Below are positions 11,463 to 20,257 of a stretch of 64,000 nt of DNA, one piece after another. Every line of letters starts with the position of its first letter. Position 1 is the first letter of the stretch. The stretch is from an uncultured Nitrospiraceae bacterium (GTDB lineage: Bacteria > Nitrospirota > Nitrospiria > Nitrospirales > Nitrospiraceae), in NCBI GenBank assembly GCA_963711905.1, contig CAVQFZ010000019.1:12265-76264 (forward strand), written 5' to 3'. Under the pieces are notes generated by a model. It worked only from the letters and a program-made list of their open reading frames with translations. It was not told where the DNA came from and did no database searches. The position numbers and the translations under genes are program-made.

Positions 11463-14207
11463 ATGACCATGGCACAGACGTCAGAACATCGTCGACTTGA
11501 GGAAGCCAAAGCGAAGACCGCAGCGTGGAAGAAATGGGGACCTTATCTAAGCGAGCGGCAGTGGGGGACGGTACGAGAGGATTATAGTACAGACGGCAAC
11601 GCCTGGGATTACTTCAGCCACGAACAGTCCAGATCTCGCGCCTATCGCTGGGGCGAAGACGGATTGGCAGGCATCTCGGACGAGCATCAAATTCTCTGCT
11701 TCGCCCTTGCGCTCTGGAACGGTAAAGACCCTATCCTCAAGGAGCGGATCTTTGGCCTAACCAATAGTGAAGGCAATCATGGAGAGGACGTCAAGGAGTA
11801 CTATTTCTACCTCGACAGCACGCCGACGCACTCCTATATGAAGTACCTGTACAAGTATCCGCAGGCCGCGTTTCCCTACGACGATCTGGTCTCGACGAAT
11901 CGGCGTCGAACGCGACATGAGATGGAATATGAACTGCTCGATACCGGCGTGTTCAACGAGGACCGATACTTCGATGTCTTTGTGGAGTATGCCAAGGCCG
12001 CGCCGAACGATGTGCTGATTCAGGTGACCATTCACAACCGCGGTCCCGAGAAGGCGGTGCTGCATGTCCTACCCACACTCTGGTTTCGCAACACCTGGTC
12101 CAGCGCCGATGGCGGGACGAAGCCGGTGCTCCGATCGGTGAAGGAGACAAAAGGCGCTGTCGTTCATGCCCACCATACGGATCCGCTGTTCCAGGAATCT
12201 CTCCCTGACCATTATCTCTATTGCGAAGGGGCAGGTCCGCTGCTGTTTACCGAGAACGAAACCAACAATGCCCGCCTCTTCGGCGGTTCGAATCCCGGGC
12301 CATACGTCAAGGACGGGATCAATGACTACGTGGTCCATGGTCAAAAGGCTGCGGTGAATCCCGAATCGACAGGGACAAAGGCCTCGGCTCATTACCAATT
12401 GGCCATCAATTCGCGCAGCCAACAGACGATCCGCCTCCGACTGACCGCAGCCGCGCCTACCGAACTGCGAGATCCATTCGGGGAGTTCGACGCCCAATTC
12501 AAAACACGCCAAAAGGAAGCGGATGAGTTCTATGATGCCGTGACTCCGGCCTCCGTCAAAGCGGACCCCGACCGGGCCAACGTCATGCGCCAGGGACTCG
12601 CAGGAATGCTCTGGAGCAAGCAATACTATTATTTCGATGCCGACCGGTGGTTGGACGAACATCAAGGTCATCCCTTATACAGGGGGACGAATCCCGTTCG
12701 GAACAGGGATTGGTTCCACATGGTGAATGACGACATCATCTCCATGCCGGACAAGTGGGAATATCCCTGGTATGCCGCATGGGACTTGGCGTTCCATACA
12801 ACCGCTTTATCCGTCGTCGATCCTGACTTTGCCCGTGATCAGCTGAAACTCATGCTCACCGGCCACTACCAGCATCCGAACGGACAGGTTCCGGCATACG
12901 AATGGAACTTCAGCGACGTCAATCCGCCGGTTCATGCCTGGGCCACGCTCTTCCTTCACCGGCTTGACGTCGGACGTCGAGGCGAAGCGGACATCGAGTT
13001 TCTCAAGGCGGCCTTCTCAAAGCTGACGCTGAATTTCACCTGGTGGGTCAACCGCAAAGATCGCAATGGGAAGAATGTGTTTGAGGGCGGGTTTCTCGGT
13101 CTGGACAACATCGGCGTGTTCGATCGCAGCGCGCCGCTGCCGACGGGCGGCCATCTGGAACAGGCCGATGGCACGGCATGGATGGCCCTGTTCAGTCAGA
13201 ATATGGCGGAACTGGCCGTAGAGCTGGCTGCTCATGATTCCATGTACGACGACATGGCCGCCAAGTTCTTCGAACATTTCCTGTGGATCGCCGCAGGCAT
13301 GAATGGCGCCGGGCGGGATGGGATGTGGGATGAACAGGACGGCTTCTACTATGATCTCCTCCGTCTCCCGGACGGGAGCGCGACCCACCTGAAAGTGCGG
13401 TCGATGGTTGGTCTGTTGCCTCTCTGCGCGACAACGGTTATTGAGCCATGGCAACGTGAGCGGGTACCGCGTGCGCGACGGCTAATCGGGGAGCGAATCA
13501 AAAGGATGCCCGAGTTGTTGCGGTGGATTCATCCTACCGGAGAGGGACATCTCGGGGTGGGGGAACGGGGAATCATGGCGCTCGTTACTCCGGAGCGCCT
13601 GCGCCGGATCCTCGGGATCATGCTCAGTGAAGACGAGTTCCTGGGTCCCTATGGGCTTCGTTCGATTTCAAAGCTCCATGACCGGAACCCCTATGTGTTT
13701 GACGTGAACGGCCAGGAGTATCGGGTTGGGTATTTACCGGCTGAATCGGACACGGGCATGTTCGGCGGCAACTCCAACTGGCGCGGACCGGTCTGGGTTC
13801 CCGTCAACGTGCTCATCATTCGAGCCCTCGCTCAGTTCTACCTCTATTATGGGGATAACTTTAAGGTCGAGTGTCCGACCGGGTCCGGACGGATGATGAA
13901 TTTGTTCGATGTGGCCAAGGAGATTTCAGAACGCCTTACGCGAATCTTCTTGCGAGACAACACGGGTCGCCGGCCGGTGTACGGCGGGGCGGAAAAGTTC
14001 CACATCGATCCCCACTGGCGCGATCATCTCCTATTCTACGAATATTTCCATGGCGACAACGGGGCCGGTTTGGGCGCAAGCCATCAAACTGGTTGGACCG
14101 GTTGTGTGGCGAAATTGATCGAGCTGTTCGGCATGATCGACCCAAAAAAGTTTCTGGAGGCCGGAAATAGGGGCGCCGCCGCTCGTCCGGACGACGTAAC
14201 CCGCTGA
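11463..14207 (+). CDS. GH63-like (MGH1-like) glucosidase/glycoside hydrolase
   Basis: [57 protein letters not shown]. Confidence 0.9.
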   Translation: MTMAQTSEHRRLEEAKAKTAAWKKWGPYLSERQWGTVREDYSTDGNAWDYFSHEQSRSRAYRWGEDGLAGISDEHQILCFALALWNGKDPILKERIFGLTNSEGNHGEDVKEYYFYLDSTPTHSYMKYLYKYPQAAFPYDDLVSTNRRRTRHEMEYELLDTGVFNEDRYFDVFVEYAKAAPNDVLIQVTIHNRGPEKAVLHVLPTLWFRNTWSSADGGTKPVLRSVKETKGAVVHAHHTDPLFQESLPDHYLYCEGAGPLLFTENETNNARLFGGSNPGPYVKDGINDYVVHGQKAAVNPESTGTKASAHYQLAINSRSQQTIRLRLTAAAPTELRDPFGEFDAQFKTRQKEADEFYDAVTPASVKADPDRANVMRQGLAGMLWSKQYYYFDADRWLDEHQGHPLYRGTNPVRNRDWFHMVNDDIISMPDKWEYPWYAAWDLAFHTTALSVVDPDFARDQLKLMLTGHYQHPNGQVPAYEWNFSDVNPPVHAWATLFLHRLDVGRRGEADIEFLKAAFSKLTLNFTWWVNRKDRNGKNVFEGGFLGLDNIGVFDRSAPLPTGGHLEQADGTAWMALFSQNMAELAVELAAHDSMYDDMAAKFFEHFLWIAAGMNGAGRDGMWDEQDGFYYDLLRLPDGSATHLKVRSMVGLLPLCATTVIEPWQRERVPRARRLIGERIKRMPELLRWIHPTGEGHLGVGERGIMALVTPERLRRILGIMLSEDEFLGPYGLRSISKLHDRNPYVFDVNGQEYRVGYLPAESDTGMFGGNSNWRGPVWVPVNVLIIRALAQFYLYYGDNFKVECPTGSGRMMNLFDVAKEISERLTRIFLRDNTGRRPVYGGAEKFHIDPHWRDHLLFYEYFHGDNGAGLGASHQTGWTGCVAKLIELFGMIDPKKFLEAGNRGAAARPDDVTR

Positions 14208-14219
14208 AGGGATGCTGCC

Positions 14220-14578
14220 ATAAAGAACTGGTCTCGACATCCTCGCCTCGACGAAATCAGCACGTGGGTATGGCTCGGCGAGCTGAGCCGGGCCGGCCCG
14301 GGTCTCGCAGACTCGTTCGAGCGACATGCGGCTCGTGTTGCAGTTGTGGGATGCGAAAACCGGGGGAGTTGGTCTGGGCTTCCGCCGCTGAAACGAGCAT
14401 GCAGAATGAAGCGGTCTCACAAGATCCGGTGTATCTGGAAGATATCGTCCGCGCAACGTTGAGCGGCATGATGGCCGATGTCCTGAACAGAAGGACGGCG
14501 TCCAAGTACACGCCGGTCAATAAATTCCTCGATGATTTGATTAAAGAGGCCATGCCGCAGGAACAGAACGGGAAATAG
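14220..14578 (+). pseudogene. Chimeric relic: alpha-amylase N-terminus joined to the C-terminal third of a lipoprotein paralog
   Basis: 14220-14291 reads IKNWSRHPRLDEISTWVWLGELSR, against MKPWPKFPTIYEINTWVWLHELSE of the gene ending at 31180. From 14299 it is a close copy of 28792-29070 with G5 in place of G4 at 14362-66. Confidence 0.8.
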
Positions 14579-14844
14579 GCCGACAGGGCACTCGCGGTGG
14601 TGTTGCAGTAGATGGAATGCTGCACAGGCATCAGCATCCTTGCAAGACCGCGACATTGTCCCATCTTTCGAAAGGTTCTGCTCACTCGCGCCTGATCACA
14701 ACCGCTCAACCACGGAATCCGGATAATTAACGATGCCGTAACGCTTCATCGGTTGACTTGCTGTTGGTAATGGGGCTAGATTTACGCCAGCTTGCGCGAA
14801 TCGAAAGCAACACAATGGACAGTCAACCACAAGGAGGTTATGTA

Positions 14845-15558
14845 ATGATTCGGTCTTATGAACAGCGGAGGTTCGTCACCTTCACCCGAGCTCTCGTCGC
14901 AGCGGTTCTTACCGGAGGACTGCTTGCGGGTGGCGCCCTGTCCGCCCTCGCCTCTGATTCCGTGGAGCAACAGCAGCTCGTGGACAAGGCACAGGTGACG
15001 CTGCAAAATTTATTCGCCGATCCCAGCGTGGGACCGGCGCTCCGTGACGCGAAAGAGGACACCAAAGCCCTCTTCATCGTGCCGCAATTCATCCGTGGCT
15101 CCTTTATCTTCGGCGGGGCCGGAGGGAGCGGGGTGTTGCTCGTTCGCGACGACCAAACGAAGAACTGGTCCGAGCCGGCTTTTTACAACATCGGCTCTGC
15201 CAGCTTCGGCCTGCAGGCCGGCGCCGATGTCTCGGAGATGATCTTTGTCGTGGTGACCCAGCGAGGGCTGGAACAGTTCTATCGCAACGAATTCAAACTC
15301 GGGCTGGATGCCGGCATGGCGTTAGGCCCGGTCGGTGAAGGAGGGGGCGTAAAAGGGATCACCGCGGACCTCCTCGGCTATGCCAAGAAGAAAGGGGCCT
15401 ACGTCGGAATGTCGGTAGACGGCTCGATCATTACAGTATCCAATGATTCCAATGCGGCCTACTATGGGAAACCTGTGCGGCCGACGGACATCATTGTCAA
15501 GCACGCTGTCAGTAACCCCAAATCCGCCTTCCTCCGCAAAGCTGCCGACAAGTTCTGA
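14845..15558 (+). CDS. SYLF domain protein, paralog 2
   Basis: SD aaggagg, signal peptide, GGAGGSGVLLVRD..WSEPAFYNIGSASFGLQAG. Confidence 0.9.
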   Translation: MIRSYEQRRFVTFTRALVAAVLTGGLLAGGALSALASDSVEQQQLVDKAQVTLQNLFADPSVGPALRDAKEDTKALFIVPQFIRGSFIFGGAGGSGVLLVRDDQTKNWSEPAFYNIGSASFGLQAGADVSEMIFVVVTQRGLEQFYRNEFKLGLDAGMALGPVGEGGGVKGITADLLGYAKKKGAYVGMSVDGSIITVSNDSNAAYYGKPVRPTDIIVKHAVSNPKSAFLRKAADKF

Positions 15559-15576
15559 ACAGGGCATGATCGGTCT

Positions 15577-15616
15577 GCTCCGGACCCTGCGACGGTCGTC
15601 GACAAGGGGCCGGAGC
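15577..15616 (+). other. Conserved 3' stem-loop after SYLF paralog 2
   Basis: gctccgg...cgac-ggtc-gtcg...ccggagc; a homologous hairpin lies at 17456-17496. Confidence 0.6.
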
Positions 15617-15687
15617 ACCAGGCAGACGGTGGCGGGTCCCCGTTCTCTTTCGCCTGCCGAACGAGACAGCAAAATAGGAGGTGAGTC

Positions 15688-16533
15688 GTGACGACCTGGC
15701 TACATCGTCTCGCGATCACGGTTATGGCCGTTGCGGTATTGCTTCCGACTTTTGCACAGGCCGGCGGACTTTCGCTCTACGAGATCGCCACCTCGGACGT
15801 CGGACTCGCGAGCGCAGGATGGGCCGCGCGCGCGCAGGACCCGGCCACGCTCTTGAAAAACCCCGCCGGGATGAGCCGACTGGAAGGCAACCAGTTCCAA
15901 GCCGGCGCCCAGCTCCTCTATGCCAGCCTCGGCTTTAGCCCCGGCGCTGGAACTACCGTGTCCGGCACCGACGGGGGGAACCCGATCGGTCTCCTGCCTG
16001 GGGCGAGCGCGTTCTATGCGCATGGACTGGGCAAAGACGTCAAAGTGGGCCTTGGCCTCTTCTCGAATTTCGGGCTCGTGATGAACTATGACTCCGGGTG
16101 GGTGGGCCGCTACTATGCGCTTGAGAACACCCTGATCGGCGTCAGCGTCACGCCGGGGGCAAGCTATCGCCTCACCGAGCAGTGGTCGATCGGGGCTGCG
16201 GCCAACATCATGATCGGGTACCTGAACTACAACGCCGCTATCAATAACAATGTGCTCGCCGTCACGAATCGCCCCGATGGGGAGATCCAAGCACGAGACA
16301 CGACCGTCGGAGCAGGCGGGAATTTCGGCTTGCTCTATGAGCCGAGGAATGGCACCAGCTACACCGGCGATATGCCGGTGGCTCAGAACCGTGGGCCGTT
16401 GGCCGGAGCGGTTGTCGGATCGTTCCCCGGGACCTACTTCAATTTCTTTCAGGTGAGTTTCATCTGGGGCAAGGGGGCGGGCGGATGGGCCAAGGGGTCT
16501 GGTGGAACCGGATCGACGAAGGAGGCGAGTTGA
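15688..16533 (+). pseudogene. OmpP1/FadL/TodX-family outer-membrane transporter, C-terminally truncated and fused to unrelated sequence
   Basis: GGLSLYE..GLASAGWAARAQDPATLLKNPAGM is the FadL N-terminus. Family similarity ends at FGLLYEPRNGT (~16356), and 281 aa is well short of a full barrel. Confidence 0.75.
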
Positions 16534-16727
16534 TTGATCGAGGGCAAGGGCGGGAAACCGAGCGAGCCGCGTAAGATGAGTGACAACGCGAGCGCGGAGC
16601 TACCAAGAGCTTCACCATGTCCGAACACTTTCTACATTGACTCGTCTTTCATTATTGGCTATGGTCCGTCCCGTTTTGCACGAACGCAAACAACACAGCG
16701 GACAGTCGACCACAAGGAGGTATCAAG

Positions 16728-17438
16728 ATGCAGTTTTGTGAGCAACAGCGATTCGGCACGTTCACCAGAGTTCTCCTCGCAGCGGTTCTTACCGGAACAG
16801 TGGCTGCGGGTGGCGCCGCGCCGGCCCTGGCCGAGGGGGCAGCGGAACAGCAGCAGCTCGTGGACAAGGCCAAGCTGACGCTGGAAGGTCTCCTCGCAGA
16901 TTCCAGCACTGGACCGGCGCTCCGTGACTTGAGACAGGAAACCAAAGCCATCTACATCGTGCCGCAATTCGTCCGTGGCGCCTTTGTCTTCGGCGGGGCG
17001 GGAGGGAGCGGAGTGTTGCTCGTCCGCGACGACCAAACGAAGAAATGGTCCGAGCCGGCGTTTTACAACATCGGCTCTGCCAGCTTCGGCATTCAGGTCG
17101 GAGGCGATGTATCGGAGATCATCTTTATCGTGCGGAACCAGAAAGGACTGGAAAAGTTCTATCGCAGCGAATTCAAACTCGGACTTGACGTCAGCATGGC
17201 GTTAGGCCCGGTCGGTGAAGGAGGGTCCGTGAAAGGTATCACCGCGGATCTTGTCGGCTATGCAAAGAAGAAAGGGGCCTTCGTCGGAATGTCGGTGGAT
17301 GGCTCTATCATCGCGGTCTCCGATGCTTCCAACGAAGCCTACTATGGGAAACCTGTGCGGCCGACGGACATCATCGTCAAGCACACGGTCAGTAATCCCA
17401 AATCCGCCGACCTCCGCAACGCTGCCGCCAAGTTCTGA
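16728..17438 (+). CDS. SYLF domain protein, paralog 3 (close duplicate of 14845..15558)
   Basis: Highly similar DNA and protein, with a shared upstream acagtc.accacaaggagg. Confidence 0.9.
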   Translation: MQFCEQQRFGTFTRVLLAAVLTGTVAAGGAAPALAEGAAEQQQLVDKAKLTLEGLLADSSTGPALRDLRQETKAIYIVPQFVRGAFVFGGAGGSGVLLVRDDQTKKWSEPAFYNIGSASFGIQVGGDVSEIIFIVRNQKGLEKFYRSEFKLGLDVSMALGPVGEGGSVKGITADLVGYAKKKGAFVGMSVDGSIIAVSDASNEAYYGKPVRPTDIIVKHTVSNPKSADLRNAAAKF

Positions 17439-17455
17439 CCGAGCCTGATCGCTCC

Positions 17456-17496
17456 GCTCCGGCATCTGCGACAACTAGTCGACAGGAGGCCGGAGC
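17456..17496 (+). other. Conserved 3' stem-loop after SYLF paralog 3
   Basis: gctccggc...cgac-aacta-gtcg...gccggagc. Confidence 0.6.
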
Positions 17497-17578
17497 ACCT
17501 AGATCAACTTCTACCAGGTCAGATTCATTTGGAAGCGTATAACGTAAACAGGGATCGAAGCAAGCCGGCATTGCGACA

Positions 17579-18790
17579 ATGAAACGAGGGATGGAAATTT
17601 CTAAGACCGGTCGATGGTCGGTCAGGATCTCGCTCGTGGTGGTCCTGCTTGGCGGTCTGGTTGTCGGCGGCGTGGGTCTCGCGGCGTGGCATTGGTCCAA
17701 TTTTAATCGGTCGCAGCCCGGGTCGGGGGTTTCGTCAGGCATGACATGCGATATGGGGATTTCGGCCGCGAGAGCAAGGGGCGGGGACGCGGGAAGCGCG
17801 CAGACGGTTTCAGAACAGTCCACCCCACGATTGCGCGAAGCTTCTGCAACGAACAGTCGATCGACCCCGCCAGGCCCGGCGCCGGACGGAATGGCCTGGA
17901 TTCCTGGCGGCGAGTTCTGGATGGGAGCAGACGAGTTTCCGGACGCGCAACCCTGGCATCGGGTGCACGTCGAGGGCTTCTGGATGGACAAGACGGAGGT
18001 CACGAACGCGCAGTTCGCCAAGTTCGTGAAAGAGACCGGCTATGTGACCATTGCCGAGCGGACGCCGCGCGCGGAGGATTTTCCTGGCGCGTCGCCGGAG
18101 AATCTTGTGGCGGGCTCGGTCGTCTTCTCGCCGCCCGATCATGCGGTTAAACTGAACGATCACTTTCAATGGTGGCGATATGTGAATGGAGCTAATTGGC
18201 GCCATCCGGAAGGTCCCAAGAGCAGCCTCGCTGCTCTCGAAAACTATCCGGTCGTCCACATTGCCTATGACGATGCGCTGGCTTACGCGAAGTGGGCCGG
18301 CAAGCGCCTGCCGACCGAAGCCGAATTCGAGTTCGCCGCACGCGGTGGACTCGACCGTAAACCCTATCCCTGGGGCGATGAGCTGAACCCGAAGGGGAAG
18401 TTCAAGGCCAATACATTTCAAGGGCATTTCCCGGACAAGAACACGAAGGAGGATGGGCACGAGCATGCCGCCCCTGTCGCGTCATTCTCGCCAAACGGCT
18501 ATGGCCTGTACGACATGGCGGGCAATGTCTGGGAATGGACGATTGACTGGTATCGTCACGACTTTTATCGGATGTTGGCCGCGCAGGGACCGCTTGCCCG
18601 CAATCCCCAAGGCCCTGCAGACAGTATCGATCCGAGCGAGCCAGGGGTGAAGAAGAAGGTGCATAAGGGGGGCTCCTTCCTCTGTACCGACCAGTATTGC
18701 GCCCGCTATATCGCGGGCGGCCGAGGAAAAGGCGAACCGGACACAGGGACGAACCATCTGGGATTCCGGTTGGTGAAAAGCGCGGGCTGA
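17579..18790 (+). CDS. Formylglycine-generating enzyme (SUMF1/FGE-sulfatase family)
   Basis: RLPTEAEFEFAARGG, NGYGLYDMAGNVWEW and GGSFLCTDQYCARY (both catalytic-type Cys present). N-terminal TM. Confidence 0.9.
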   Translation: MKRGMEISKTGRWSVRISLVVVLLGGLVVGGVGLAAWHWSNFNRSQPGSGVSSGMTCDMGISAARARGGDAGSAQTVSEQSTPRLREASATNSRSTPPGPAPDGMAWIPGGEFWMGADEFPDAQPWHRVHVEGFWMDKTEVTNAQFAKFVKETGYVTIAERTPRAEDFPGASPENLVAGSVVFSPPDHAVKLNDHFQWWRYVNGANWRHPEGPKSSLAALENYPVVHIAYDDALAYAKWAGKRLPTEAEFEFAARGGLDRKPYPWGDELNPKGKFKANTFQGHFPDKNTKEDGHEHAAPVASFSPNGYGLYDMAGNVWEWTIDWYRHDFYRMLAAQGPLARNPQGPADSIDPSEPGVKKKVHKGGSFLCTDQYCARYIAGGRGKGEPDTGTNHLGFRLVKSAG

Positions 18791-18888
18791 GAATTTCGAT
18801 GTCGCCGGGACCCTGATTGATCCTCGGTGAGAGCATGGATTTCAACATGCCATAAAAATGTTCAGCGGAAAAACAGAGGAGGAACAGT

Positions 18889-19425
18889 ATGAAAACAATG
18901 ATGGGGATGGTGTTTGCAATTCTTGCGGCAGCCGCGAGTGTCGATATGGTTGCCGGCGCCGAAGAAGGGACGGTGAAGGCGGCGGCAACCTGGAAAGCGC
19001 GGTCGTTTGCCTTTCCGGTGGGCCAGGACCAAGTCTACTTGGTGGGCGTGTATAGCGGGACGCTCTATGTCGACGACGGGAAAGGCGCCTTGCACGCCGC
19101 GTCCATCGTCTGTCCCGCCACCGCCGAAGGCGATCTGCAATCGATGACGAAGGCAGGGCAGGGCCGCTGCATCCTCACCGATGAGGAGGGCAATCGCGTC
19201 TATGCGAGATTTACGTGCAAGGGCGAGCTCGAAGGCTGCCGCGGCCCATTTACGATTGTCGGGGGCACCGGCAAGTTCGACGGCATCACCGGAGAAGGCG
19301 AGATGATTTCACGCATCTTGGTCCGCCAGATCACGACGGTCACCGGGTTCCAAAGCGCAGAACAAGAGGGCGAAGGCATCGCGACATGGCCGTCCTTGAC
19401 ATATCGAATCCCGGACAAGCACTAA
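18889..19425 (+). CDS. Exported protein, possible dirigent/allene-oxide-cyclase-like beta-barrel
   Basis: Signal peptide, beta-rich sequence, IVGGTGKFDGITG motif and four Cys. Confidence 0.55.
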   Translation: MKTMMGMVFAILAAAASVDMVAGAEEGTVKAAATWKARSFAFPVGQDQVYLVGVYSGTLYVDDGKGALHAASIVCPATAEGDLQSMTKAGQGRCILTDEEGNRVYARFTCKGELEGCRGPFTIVGGTGKFDGITGEGEMISRILVRQITTVTGFQSAEQEGEGIATWPSLTYRIPDKH

Positions 19426-19486
19426 CGGAGCCAGAACCACATCCCACTATGATCACACCACCATAAAATACGATTCGGAGGAGCTT

Positions 19487-19957
19487 ATGAAGCCTGTCGT
19501 GTGTCTTATCGGAACGGCGATGCTGAGCGGTCTGATCGGAGTCTCAGCCGACGTCCATGCCCAAGTGTTCATCTACCCTGAAAAGGGACAGACCAAGGAC
19601 CAACAGGAATTCGATCAGTTCACGTGCCACAAATGGGCGAAGGAACAAACCGGCTTCGATCCGAACCAGCAGACCGCTGCGGCGCCGCCTCCGCCACAGC
19701 GCGGGCAAGCCGTGGGCGGCGCGGCGCGCGGCGCAGCTGTCGGGGCAATTGGGGGCGCGATCGGCGGCAATGCCGGCAAAGGCGCGGCGATCGGGGCGGG
19801 GGTCGGGGGAGGGGTCGGCATGATGCGGCGGCGTCGCGCCGAGATGCAGTATGAACAGCAGGTACAGGAGACCTCCGCCGAGCGGCAGCAGCAGCAACAA
19901 GGGTTCAACCGCGCCTATGGCGTCTGCCTGGAGGGCAAAGGCTACAAGGTGGGGTGA
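19487..19957 (+). CDS. Glycine-zipper (YMGG-like) exported/membrane protein
   Basis: GAARGAAVGAIGGAIGGNAGKGAAIGAGVGG flanked by C..WA and AYGVCLEGKGY. Confidence 0.8.
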   Translation: MKPVVCLIGTAMLSGLIGVSADVHAQVFIYPEKGQTKDQQEFDQFTCHKWAKEQTGFDPNQQTAAAPPPPQRGQAVGGAARGAAVGAIGGAIGGNAGKGAAIGAGVGGGVGMMRRRRAEMQYEQQVQETSAERQQQQQGFNRAYGVCLEGKGYKVG

Positions 19958-20257
19958 GACTTCGCGACTCCCCCTCGCAATCGACACGACTGCTCATTGC
20001 GCATGATCGGGATGGCCGGTCACAGCGTAAGTCGCTTGCAGCGCACTTCGGGAGTCGCTTCGTCTTGACGGGAAAGCTCATGGCTCAACCAATGAATATC
20101 TTCAGCTACTACGCGGCCTACAAGCTCACGGTGGAGAGCCAGGCCAAGATTCGTGTGGAGGTAGCTAACAAAAAAGCGCTGGCCAACTGAGGCATCCTTC
20201 AGGCCTCTTCGCTGAAGGTGGTATTGCTGCGAACAACGCTGAATAGAGGAGATCGTC

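Noticed and set aside
14845-14900. Tat motif in the SYLF signal peptide (QRRFV)
   Set aside because: Poor match to S/T-R-R-x-F-L-K, and the close paralog has only one Arg.
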